25,111 nucleotides of DNA from a virus (taxonomy: Duplodnaviria; Caudoviricetes): the IMG/VR virus record IMGVR_UViG_3300033076_000251, positions 1 to 25,111 of that record. One strand, given 5' to 3'. Below, piece by piece: positions 8,857 to 15,956 of the stretch (positions are counted from its first letter, which is position 1; each line of letters starts with the position of its first letter). A program made the position numbers and the translations under genes. The notes beneath the pieces were generated by a model, which did not search any database, was not told the DNA's origin, and worked only from the letters and a program-made list of their open reading frames with translations.

Positions 8857-9987
8857 TTAGTATGAGCCAATAAATGTGGAATTATTATAAACAAGATGTG
8901 TTCCATCTGTCTGCATATCAATTCTTGTTATCGTTTGTCCTGATATTTTAGAATGTATCCAATTTATAGCATCGGCTAATGTTGTATCTCTCATCGGCGC
9001 CGGCAGTATCGTGTTGTCGTGCGAGTACCAGCAGGCCGCCTTCCACCCCAGCGCCGCAAGACGCAGCGAGCCGCGGGCCGCGAGTCGGCCAAGGTCGCCC
9101 GGGGCAAACTTGCTGGCCGCGGCGCCAGAGGCATTCCACTCGGTGCAGTAGCGCGGAAACGTCGATGCCAGCCCTCCCGCCACCAGCGCCGCCTTGAGCG
9201 CCGCGGTCAGCCCCTCGGGGGTATAGAAGTCGGTGGTGTTGGCGTCGCACATCAGCGGGTAGACCCACAGGTTGTAGGGGTGCCACGCAACCCCATCGAT
9301 GTGCTGGCGTCCGAACCCGGCGTTGCTGTCGCTGGCGTTGAGGAAGGTCGTGAGCCCGCTCGCGTTGGCCCCGGTGAACCCGGGCGACAGAATAGTGATA
9401 TTGGCGTCCGCCGCCTTCGCCGCGAGATTCGCGGTCCGCGCCTGTGTGGCAAGTTCAACAGCGGAGCCCCACCAGAAGGACGTGCCGTTCTCCCCATAGC
9501 TGGGCTCGTTCCACAATTCTAGATACTTGATTGGAGTTCCGCGAGACACGTAGCGAGAAACGAGGGTAGAAACGAAATCTGTTACGCTAGCTTGCGAAGC
9601 TGCCGGACTACCTCCTCCGGGATAGCCATACAGGTCATTAGTGGCCTGCCATTTGGCTTGCGCTGCCCACGTCGGGCACCCATACATCGTCCAGATGAGA
9701 TCACGACCGGCGGCATAGTGCGCGTCGCACCACGCATCCATTGCCGACCATGAATACGCACCATCGGTCGGCTCGATGTGACGCCACTGGAAACCGCCCG
9801 CTGGCGGGCCGTAGTCCATTGACCGCGCGATGCCACAGCCGTAGGCAGGAGCGGACGACAGCGGATTCCCTTCTGGCCATCTGTGAGCATGAATACCTAT
9901 AAATTTGGATGGTACTGTAATAGAACCTGACCATATAGTACCATCCAAAACAACCGGAGCGGGCTTATTTGCTCGCTTAATTAGCAT
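8857..9987 (-). CDS. Clan GH-A glycoside hydrolase (GH39/GH5-like TIM barrel), candidate polysaccharide depolymerase, 376 aa
   Basis: Start reassigned to ATG 9987 (TAATG overlap with the upstream stop; the W/R-rich extension in the ORF track is a shadow frame). Motifs W..IEP..G.Y.W..MD, YGCPTWA, YLELWNEP (acid/base Glu, ~9502-9513), IDGVAWHPY, YCTEWN (nucleophile Glu, ~9136-9147), WYS. No signal peptide. Confidence 0.82.
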   Translation of the reverse strand: MLIKRANKPAPVVLDGTIWSGSITVPSKFIGIHAHRWPEGNPLSSAPAYGCGIARSMDYGPPAGGFQWRHIEPTDGAYSWSAMDAWCDAHYAAGRDLIWTMYGCPTWAAQAKWQATNDLYGYPGGGSPAASQASVTDFVSTLVSRYVSRGTPIKYLELWNEPSYGENGTSFWWGSAVELATQARTANLAAKAADANITILSPGFTGANASGLTTFLNASDSNAGFGRQHIDGVAWHPYNLWVYPLMCDANTTDFYTPEGLTAALKAALVAGGLASTFPRYCTEWNASGAAASKFAPGDLGRLAARGSLRLAALGWKAACWYSHDNTILPAPMRDTTLADAINWIHSKISGQTITRIDMQTDGTHLVYNNSTFIGSY

Positions 9988-10781
9988 TAGTAATAAATCC
10001 GAACTAATCCACCACCACCGGCCCCACCGGCAGTTGCACCAGAACCACCGCCTCCTCCACAACCATATGCAGTGGATGCCGGGGCTGATCCCGCTACACC
10101 GTTAGAGCCTCCTGTACCTCCCAAGCCCCACGGCGTCGCGCCACCACCCCCTCCACCACCACCCGAAGCGCCGCCGGTGCCGCCCGTGCCGAACGATCCA
10201 GCTATGAAGCTCGCCACGCGCCCACCTTGCCCGCCGTTAACTGAGGTATTGCCGCCACCACCGCCGCCGGACACGTTGTAGCTCCCGCCGGTAAGCGAGA
10301 TGTTCTGCGCCCCGCCCGTGCCCGGAGATGCACCACCGGCAGCGGCGCCGATGCCGCCACCCCACGCCACGGCTCCGTTACCTCCGGTAGCGGTGCCTTT
10401 CTTTCCGCCCTGTCCGCCGTCAGCGGTGAAGGTACTGCTGGGAAGGCCAATGATGCCTACGATGGTGACGTCTCCTGATGCCGTCCCATCCGCATCCGCA
10501 GCACCTCCAGAAGAAGCCGCTGGGATAGTTATAGTTAATGTCGATCCCGGAGTCACTCGTAGCGGGCCTATGCCGAGGAAGCAGTCTCCCGCACCTCCGC
10601 CACCTCCACCGCCGAGTCCGGCAGTTCCGCCACCCCCGCCTGGCCCTCCGGGGGCCACTACATCCATATATATTACAGTAACATCTTGGGGTACTGGGAA
10701 CGAATGTACCGCCGCTGTGCTAAATTCCGTTACAGAAAATCCCGTAGATGACTGTAGTGATAAACTAGATTCTAATCCCAT
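9987..10781 (-). CDS. Glycine-rich (polyglycine) virion/adhesin-type protein, 264 aa
   Basis: F.VP..VT.I....V..GG.GGGGG, ..VTPG..LTITI, many GGxGG runs and terminal GGAGGGGLVRIYY. This is the layout of phage glycine-rich receptor-binding domains. Confidence 0.75.
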   Translation of the reverse strand: MGLESSLSLQSSTGFSVTEFSTAAVHSFPVPQDVTVIYMDVVAPGGPGGGGGTAGLGGGGGGGAGDCFLGIGPLRVTPGSTLTITIPAASSGGAADADGTASGDVTIVGIIGLPSSTFTADGGQGGKKGTATGGNGAVAWGGGIGAAAGGASPGTGGAQNISLTGGSYNVSGGGGGGNTSVNGGQGGRVASFIAGSFGTGGTGGASGGGGGGGGATPWGLGGTGGSNGVAGSAPASTAYGCGGGGGSGATAGGAGGGGLVRIYY

Positions 10782-10942
10782 TATACAATATCCTCGTCAT
10801 GCAATCCAGTAAGGGTCGCTCTCGACAAGCCATACTGGCGTCTCGATAGACCAGCTATAAAACCGATACCCTTTATTGTTGCAGCCGCTACTCCAGCTAC
10901 ACCAGAAAAGTTGCGAGCCCATAGGGCTATTACTCTGAACAT
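10781..10942 (-). CDS. Small hypothetical protein, 53 aa (not in ORF track)
   Basis: Manual translation MFRVIALWARNFSGVAGVAAATIKGIGFIAGLSRRQYGLSRATLTGLHDEDIV*. Fills the gap between neighbours, and its TAA overlaps the next ATG (TAATG) like other genes here. Confidence 0.6.
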   Translation of the reverse strand: MFRVIALWARNFSGVAGVAAATIKGIGFIAGLSRRQYGLSRATLTGLHDEDIV

Positions 10943-11187
10943 AGTCTGACTGCATACTCGATAGCTAGGGCAATATCCCGTTGTTTACAAGAAGGGTGTC
11001 GGTTAATGAGGGCACGTAATACCTGTGCCCGTTTCCATTCCCCGTTACCCTTACCTTCCATTTGCTTTACAATCTCACAAGCAGAACTCACTAACTCGGT
11101 ATCAGGTTCCAGAATAAACCGTTTACCGGATTTCTGTAAACACCACACACCGAGTTTAAATAATTTATTTTTAATCCATTGTTTCAT
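10930..11187 (-). CDS. Hypothetical protein, 85 aa, weak resemblance to the soluble part of LL-H-type holins
   Basis: A.EIV.QME..G.GE.KR..V...L.........I..AIE.AV pattern; no convincing TM helix. Confidence 0.55.
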   Translation of the reverse strand: MKQWIKNKLFKLGVWCLQKSGKRFILEPDTELVSSACEIVKQMEGKGNGEWKRAQVLRALINRHPSCKQRDIALAIEYAVRLCSE

Positions 11188-11189
11188 GA

Positions 11190-11960
11190 TTATGGCCCAG
11201 TAGGATTAACTGTAGTAATTGGATCTCCTGCGGCGGTAGTCAGCGCACCGGTCCAGCTTACAGTCACATCATCTTCTTTATATACTTCGAATGGACTTAG
11301 TGTTAAATCTACCTTATTTCTAAGGACACGTAGTGCTTGTCGTGTTGTCCGTATTGTTCCAGCTAAGTTACCACTATCGGTTCCAGTAGCTATGTTCCTA
11401 TCAAGGAAAGCATCAGCAATCTCATTCTGTGCACCGGCAGTAAGTACACCGGCAGCAATGCCCCCAGCAGAAACACTACCAATAGCACCGGTTACTGATC
11501 CAACAGAACCACTAAGGTTTCCAGTGATGTTTGCTGTTTGATTTCCAAGTCCAGTAACAGCAGTAAGACTGTATCCTGATTTGTCATTGTTAGTTGTAAC
11601 TGTAACACCATTTGTTACAGAGGTAACAGTTGGGATTACTGCCCCGGTGTGCGTGACGCCGTAAAGTGTCCCGGTGCCGTTGACAACAATATCCACCCCC
11701 GCCGCATTCGCAGCTACGGTTGCGCCAGCGGCATAGGTCTGTGGTGGCTCATTCACCGTGTCACTGGTGCTGATGATCTCGACCCCGGCCAGGGTATAGG
11801 TCGTGTCCACACCTATCGCCTCGTTGTGCGCGGAATCCACGTAAATGCGCTCTCCGGCCGTAGCCGCGCCGGTTGCGGCGCCGAGCGTCGTGGCTGCCTT
11901 CGCCCATGTGTCGTAGGGCGACGTATTGGACCCGGATGCTTTGACGTACTTGTCAGCCAA
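11190..11960 (-). CDS. Chimeric virion/adhesin-like protein, 256 aa
   Basis: TTG start with GGAGG upstream. N-terminal YV..SGSNTSPYDTWAKAATTL..A...ATAGERIYV resembles the cap of parallel beta-helix proteins. C-terminal half is T/V/G-rich (GNLSGSVGSVTG) ending EIADAFLDR..RTTRQALR.LRNKV..VYKEDD. Sharp GC switch at ~11640. Confidence 0.7.
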   Translation of the reverse strand: MADKYVKASGSNTSPYDTWAKAATTLGAATGAATAGERIYVDSAHNEAIGVDTTYTLAGVEIISTSDTVNEPPQTYAAGATVAANAAGVDIVVNGTGTLYGVTHTGAVIPTVTSVTNGVTVTTNNDKSGYSLTAVTGLGNQTANITGNLSGSVGSVTGAIGSVSAGGIAAGVLTAGAQNEIADAFLDRNIATGTDSGNLAGTIRTTRQALRVLRNKVDLTLSPFEVYKEDDVTVSWTGALTTAAGDPITTVNPTGP

Positions 11961-12165
11961 TCAGGGCCTCCGCTTCAATCTCGGCAAGTTCGGCGGCCAC
12001 GCGCACAGCATTTGCGGCCAGCGTTGCATTCAGGTCGCGAGACGGCGATGCCGTGTACCGCACATGGTGTTGTTTGCCGGTGGAGTCGGTATGAGACTCG
12101 ACGACGTGGATAGAGCCGTCCGCGTTGACAGATTGAGCGAGAATTACGCTGGATACGATGCTCAC
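11953..12165 (-). CDS. Hypothetical protein, 70 aa (GC-rich cassette)
   Basis: GTG start overlapping the upstream TGA (GTGA); its TGA overlaps the next gene's start by 8 nt. Beta-hairpin plus amphipathic helix pattern. Confidence 0.7.
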   Translation of the reverse strand: MSIVSSVILAQSVNADGSIHVVESHTDSTGKQHHVRYTASPSRDLNATLAANAVRVAAELAEIEAEALIG

Positions 12166-12449
12166 AGGTCAGCCTCCGCGATGCGCGCCAAGTAGCGGTC
12201 CTTGATCGGCACCAAGCGCGTGGAGACGAGCGTGTTCCACTGCGCGAGGGTCAGCGACCGTCCGTAAGCGGCATTGAAGCTCACGCGCACCTGATCGTTG
12301 GTCAAATCGCCCGCCTGCACCTTGCTCCACACCCACCAGATGAGGCGCTCCCACTCGGCAAGGTTGCCCGAGGCGCGAGCGGCCCGCACCCGGTCCCAGA
12401 ATCGGGCGGCGAATTGGGCGGCGGTCTGATGTTGAAGTGGGAGGGCCAC
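12162..12449 (-). CDS. Hypothetical helical protein, 95 aa (GC-rich cassette)
   Basis: Start reassigned to GTG 12449 (MALPLQHQTAAQFAARFW...), 2 nt after the TGA of the 41-aa ORF. The longer ATG 12530 version overlaps that ORF out of frame. Confidence 0.65.
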   Translation of the reverse strand: MALPLQHQTAAQFAARFWDRVRAARASGNLAEWERLIWWVWSKVQAGDLTNDQVRVSFNAAYGRSLTLAQWNTLVSTRLVPIKDRYLARIAEADL

Positions 12450-12451
12450 GG

Positions 12452-12577
12452 TCAGCGTACCCGGGCCGCCCGGCAGGCGACGATGGCGGCTTTCAGGGTT
12501 GCGAGTTGTGCGGGGCTGAGTTGCGCCCATGCCGGGGCGGCGAACAGTGCGAGTGCGAGAATCAGGATGCGAATCAC
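12452..12577 (-). CDS. 41-aa signal-peptide-like ORF, possibly an internally deleted gene remnant (not in ORF track)
   Basis: AAGGAG RBS then GTG. Translation MIRILILALALFAAPAWA-QLSPAQLATLKAAIVACRAARVR*, with a Sec-type signal (basic N, hydrophobic core, AWA cleavage motif). Confidence 0.6.
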   Translation of the reverse strand: MIRILILALALFAAPAWAQLSPAQLATLKAAIVACRAARVR

Positions 12578-12592
12578 GGTATTCTCCTTGGA

Positions 12593-13114
12593 TTATGTAG
12601 ACGATTGTACAACATTCATTGTAGCTGTTCCTGCTGTGATCGTAGCGTTAAGCCTAATAGCAGTAGGTGGATATGCGTAGTTACCATCATCGGAAACAGT
12701 CTTGGATGCTAGTACATCATGGTTAAGTACGTTAAGCATGGTAGCTAAACCACTAGAGGAAGTCGCACCAGAGTTGGCTACTGTGTACGTAAACGTGTTA
12801 GCATCAGTTACAGTGATTGCGGAGCCAGTGGTATCAAATGGGGAACCTGCTTGTTTAAGAACCAGTGAGTCTCCAGTAGCGGCATAATGATTTGGCCACG
12901 TTACAGTGGCAGTAGTGCCTACTCTAGATACTGTGATAGCTGTTTCTTTACTAAGATCAGAGGTTGTATGTTGTACTGTATAGGTAACATTGGGCGTAGC
13001 GTGTCCCCCAAGAATTACAGAGAGAGACACGCCCAATGGTGTTTGCCTCCAGTTAATAGGAATCCACGAAGAGACTCCTGTTGCTGTTAGTGTTACACTA
13101 GTTGGGCGTGGCAT
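12593..13114 (-). CDS. Virion structural protein, beta-rich, 173 aa
   Basis: T/V/S-rich; TYTVQHT..D and GNYAYPPTAIRLN..AGTATMNVVQ motifs; located in the post-capsid block. Confidence 0.6.
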   Translation of the reverse strand: MPRPTSVTLTATGVSSWIPINWRQTPLGVSLSVILGGHATPNVTYTVQHTTSDLSKETAITVSRVGTTATVTWPNHYAATGDSLVLKQAGSPFDTTGSAITVTDANTFTYTVANSGATSSSGLATMLNVLNHDVLASKTVSDDGNYAYPPTAIRLNATITAGTATMNVVQSST

Positions 13115-13116
13115 AA

Positions 13117-13821
13117 TTACCGTTCCTGTGCTACGTAGATGTAATCAATAGTAAGAGTACGTGCGGCAGCACTTCCGTTCTGTAAAGTAAACGTAAGAGC
13201 TAGTTTATTCGTAGTCTCAATATTAGTAGTATGTGTTGCAGTCTTTGAACCATTAACATAGAAATCTACTTTATTAATACCGTCCCACGCAAAAGAAGTA
13301 CGAATATAGGTATCATCTACCATTGTGGCAGCAGTATTAGTAGTTTCTGTGGTATTGTCTTCCGTAATTGAAACTAAAGTAGTAGCATCGTCAGCCTTGC
13401 GAAACCCCACACTATCAGTAGTACCTGCTACGATAGTGGTATCAGTCGTAGCTAAGCCAATGAACACATCCGATTCTGTGGCATTGCTAACTTTCCAGTT
13501 ACAATCAAACCATAGACGTTTACCTACAGTAAGCTTAAGCCACTCTTCTGCTGATTGTAATTGATTAACATCATTGTCAGCAGCACTATTAACTAGGGCT
13601 AAAGCCCCGTTAGTTACATCTGCTGCAATTGCTTGAGTAGCCCCTGCTTGTGTCTCAGTAACAACCCAATCACTCGCCGAGTAATCTCCAGCAAATAAGA
13701 AATCGTTAAAATACGTAACGACAGTTGGCTCTTCTCCTACAGGGAGAGCTTGATACCATTTACGAGTACCAGTACCAAAGTGTTGTACCCCACCGGGGAG
13801 TCTTGTAGCAGTAGTTGACAT
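13117..13821 (-). CDS. Virion structural protein, beta-sandwich/lectin-like, 234 aa
   Basis: First gene after the capsid terminator, AAGGA RBS. YFNDF...W..T, FAWDG..KVDFYVNG..TATHTTNI and LTIDYIYVAQER suggest a concanavalin-like jelly roll. Confidence 0.6.
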   Translation of the reverse strand: MSTTATRLPGGVQHFGTGTRKWYQALPVGEEPTVVTYFNDFLFAGDYSASDWVVTETQAGATQAIAADVTNGALALVNSAADNDVNQLQSAEEWLKLTVGKRLWFDCNWKVSNATESDVFIGLATTDTTIVAGTTDSVGFRKADDATTLVSITEDNTTETTNTAATMVDDTYIRTSFAWDGINKVDFYVNGSKTATHTTNIETTNKLALTFTLQNGSAAARTLTIDYIYVAQER

Positions 13822-13843
13822 TTTCGTCCTTTTCGTTAGTGTT

Positions 13844-13869
13844 AAAAGGAGGGGGATTTCTCCCCCTCC
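13844..13869 (-). terminator. Rho-independent terminator after the major capsid gene
   Basis: Minus strand GGAGGGGGA-GAAA-TCCCCCTCC-TTTT: perfect 9-bp stem, GNRA loop, U4 tail, 8 nt after the capsid stop. Confidence 0.88.
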
Positions 13870-13877
13870 GTATTACA

Positions 13878-14789
13878 TTACGCTCCAGGTGAGCCAAAGA
13901 GGCAACGTGGATCGGTCCAACCCCAAGATTCACGGAAGTAAACTTTAAACTTAGCATTCTCAGTATCAAAGTCGTTATCCATAGTAAACTCAGGTGAGGC
14001 ACGCTCGAAGTGCTTCATACCATCTGGGCAATCGGTACGAATAAACCAAGCATCTGCATCCGAGAAGTAGTGATTAACCTTCACACCACCGGGGAATACA
14101 CTAGCCGCAGCAAGTGCGTTGATGTTGTTGTTTGCACTATCCGATTGCAGAGGAGACTTAAGTATACGCATAGCTTCGTACACATTATCAGGAGCAATGT
14201 GCAGAGACTTAGGCATAATGCGAATCTTAAGACCACGATCATTTTCAGTCTTCATTAGATCAATGGTAGCCTGTTCAAGTGAGGCTTCACTAAGGTCGGA
14301 AGCAACAGTTAGGATGTTGCTGTAAGTACCGCCAGCAACTCGTGGGTGATCGCTGGCAAGCAGAGCTTTACCATCACCACCAAGATACGAAGAACTAAAC
14401 GCATTGTTGTAAACAAATGCAGCATTGTTCTCACGAGTTTGATTTACAGAGAAGGCAAGTGCCTTGGCTCGCTTTTCGCCCACTACTGCGTAGAGGTCGT
14501 CGTCGAACATTTCTTTGGTGACAATGAAACCACCACCAAAGGCAGTATGGACGTAACGAGTTACGAAGCCTTGCTTCTCGGTATCGTACTGGATGCCTTG
14601 ACCTTCAGGCTTCTCAGGAATTAGACCAAAACCGGAGTAACCTACATCTTCCTCATACTTCTTGCTAGAATTATAAGTCTCGAATAGATCGGTCCACTCG
14701 GTCTTGTGTTCAGCATACGCCTTACCGTACCATGCATTTACGCCGGGCCATAGGGCTTTTGCAAAATTACCAGTTGTAATAACAGCCAT
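13878..14789 (-). CDS. Major capsid protein (Mu gpT-like family, HK97 fold), 303 aa
   Basis: ITTGNFAKALWPGVNAWYG..Y, S.K.YEE....SGFG..PEKPEG, GGDGKAL.ASDHP, DLSEASLEQA, NHYFSDADAWFI.TD...G.KHFER, FDTENAKFK..FRES.GWTDPR..FGSPGA. GGAG RBS; followed by a terminator. Confidence 0.92.
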   Translation of the reverse strand: MAVITTGNFAKALWPGVNAWYGKAYAEHKTEWTDLFETYNSSKKYEEDVGYSGFGLIPEKPEGQGIQYDTEKQGFVTRYVHTAFGGGFIVTKEMFDDDLYAVVGEKRAKALAFSVNQTRENNAAFVYNNAFSSSYLGGDGKALLASDHPRVAGGTYSNILTVASDLSEASLEQATIDLMKTENDRGLKIRIMPKSLHIAPDNVYEAMRILKSPLQSDSANNNINALAAASVFPGGVKVNHYFSDADAWFIRTDCPDGMKHFERASPEFTMDNDFDTENAKFKVYFRESWGWTDPRCLFGSPGA

Positions 14790-14804
14790 TTTTCATTCTC
14801 CCTA

Positions 14805-15476
14805 TTAGACGCCAGACGTACCTGTACCACCCTTAAACACATGGTTGTTAATCTTAACAAGCCATTTAGGATTACCTCCCGAGCCTTGTCGGGTAACGGC
14901 AGTTGCATGGAAGCAATTGTCCGCACGAGGAGCAAGACGTAGGAGTTTAAGGGGTAAGGTTGAGCCACTAGCTTGAGTAGTTGAATCAAGTTCTTCACCA
15001 CTAATACCGGTCAGGGTTGATCCGGCAGTAGTACTAAAGGCGATATTCATACCAACCATAGAAGGTACAAGTGGCGTAGTATCCGCGTCTTCTTGAATCT
15101 CAAGAATAACGTTAGGATCATCTACCACATATGCAACACGGTCAGTCGAAGCCTCTCGATAGAGAAGTTCTAGGTTTGCGGCACCAGTAGCGTTCGAGGG
15201 AGTCTTTGGAGTAAATCCAACAACTACACCAAGAATAGCTTCCGAGCCATCGCCTGCGGCCTTCTTAATGGTAGGCATACCTTCACAGTTATAGCCGCCA
15301 ACAATAGTGCCAGTAGCACCAGCGGAGCTTGCAAGAGTGACAAAGTCACCCACGTATAGTGCAGTACCGTCTGAGGATGGGCAAAGGTATGTATTAACCT
15401 CACCATTCCAGCCAGCACCAACACCACCACGAACAGGAATTGCGCCCTTTGGAGCGTCAATATTATAAGTAGGCAT
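14805..15476 (-). CDS. Putative capsid decoration/cement protein, 223 aa
   Basis: Directly upstream of the capsid gene. NIDAPKG..PV, ALYVGDFV.L, ILGVVVGF, YVVDDPNV..EIQED, G.SG.ELD, V.INNH pattern recalled from the gene in this position in gpT-type podoviruses. Confidence 0.65.
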   Translation of the reverse strand: MPTYNIDAPKGAIPVRGGVGAGWNGEVNTYLCPSSDGTALYVGDFVTLASSAGATGTIVGGYNCEGMPTIKKAAGDGSEAILGVVVGFTPKTPSNATGAANLELLYREASTDRVAYVVDDPNVILEIQEDADTTPLVPSMVGMNIAFSTTAGSTLTGISGEELDSTTQASGSTLPLKLLRLAPRADNCFHATAVTRQGSGGNPKWLVKINNHVFKGGTGTSGV

Positions 15477-15538
15477 TAGTTTTCCATTTTCTAATTACTA
15501 ACAGTTGTCCCGTTCGTTTGGAAGAACATTATACATTA

Positions 15539-15943
15539 TCAAGAGATTGTAAGACTTGCTTCCAAACCGGAACGCTTGGCATCGTCAATCTGTTGTTTGA
15601 GTAACGACTTGTTATATTCTTCCTTCGCTTTCTGTCGTTCATCATACACATCTTTGTCACATGCCATAAGGACTCCAGTAACACCGCCACCAACAGGTTT
15701 GGTGACAGCACTACCTAGTCCACGAGAATTGTCAATAGACGCATCACCTAGTTTTCCGTCGGCCTGTACTACTTCGTAGCCCAAATCTTTAAGGTCTTCG
15801 ATGCGAGAGTCCACATCGTTAACGACGCGATATACCTTGGTGGGGTCTTTTTGAATTCTATTAAAATTAATGATGTCTCTACGTCCAGTAATATTACCAA
15901 CGGGATTACGGACGGGCCTTTCTGGTTTGCGAACATTAGCCAT
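15539..15943 (-). CDS. Head-region hypothetical protein, 134 aa
   Basis: AGGAG RBS; DP..VYR.VND...RI......GYE.V and V..PVGGG..GVLM...K..YDE.Q..K pattern. Lies between scaffold and decoration genes. Confidence 0.75.
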   Translation of the reverse strand: MANVRKPERPVRNPVGNITGRRDIINFNRIQKDPTKVYRVVNDVDSRIEDLKDLGYEVVQADGKLGDASIDNSRGLGSAVTKPVGGGVTGVLMACDKDVYDERQKAKEEYNKSLLKQQIDDAKRSGLEASLTIS

Positions 15944-15956
15944 TTAAAATCTCCTA

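Noticed and set aside
8948-9934. Multiple overlapping ORFs on both strands within the hydrolase gene
   Set aside because: Expected stop-codon scarcity in GC-rich DNA; no motifs or RBS.
9988-10062. W/R/C-rich N-terminal extension of the glycoside hydrolase
   Set aside because: Alternative-frame reading of the glycine-rich gene's end; the TAATG-coupled ATG at 9987 is the better start.
10072-10812. Pro-rich plus-strand ORFs (69 and 170 aa)
   Set aside because: Mirror of polyglycine codons on the minus strand.
10798-10922. Alternative 41-aa Trp-rich ORF (MGSQLFWCSW...)
   Set aside because: The overlapping 53-aa frame shows the TAATG coupling typical of this genome and a more plausible composition.
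12450-12530. ATG 12530 start for the 122-aa ORF
   Set aside because: No RBS, and it overlaps the RBS-supported 41-aa ORF out of frame; GTG 12449 fits the gene packing better.
8300-13800. Diversity-generating retroelement or invertible tail-fibre switch as the cause of variability
   Set aside because: No reverse transcriptase, invertase, TR/VR pair or flanking inverted repeats seen by eye; a self dot-plot would be needed to exclude short repeats fully.
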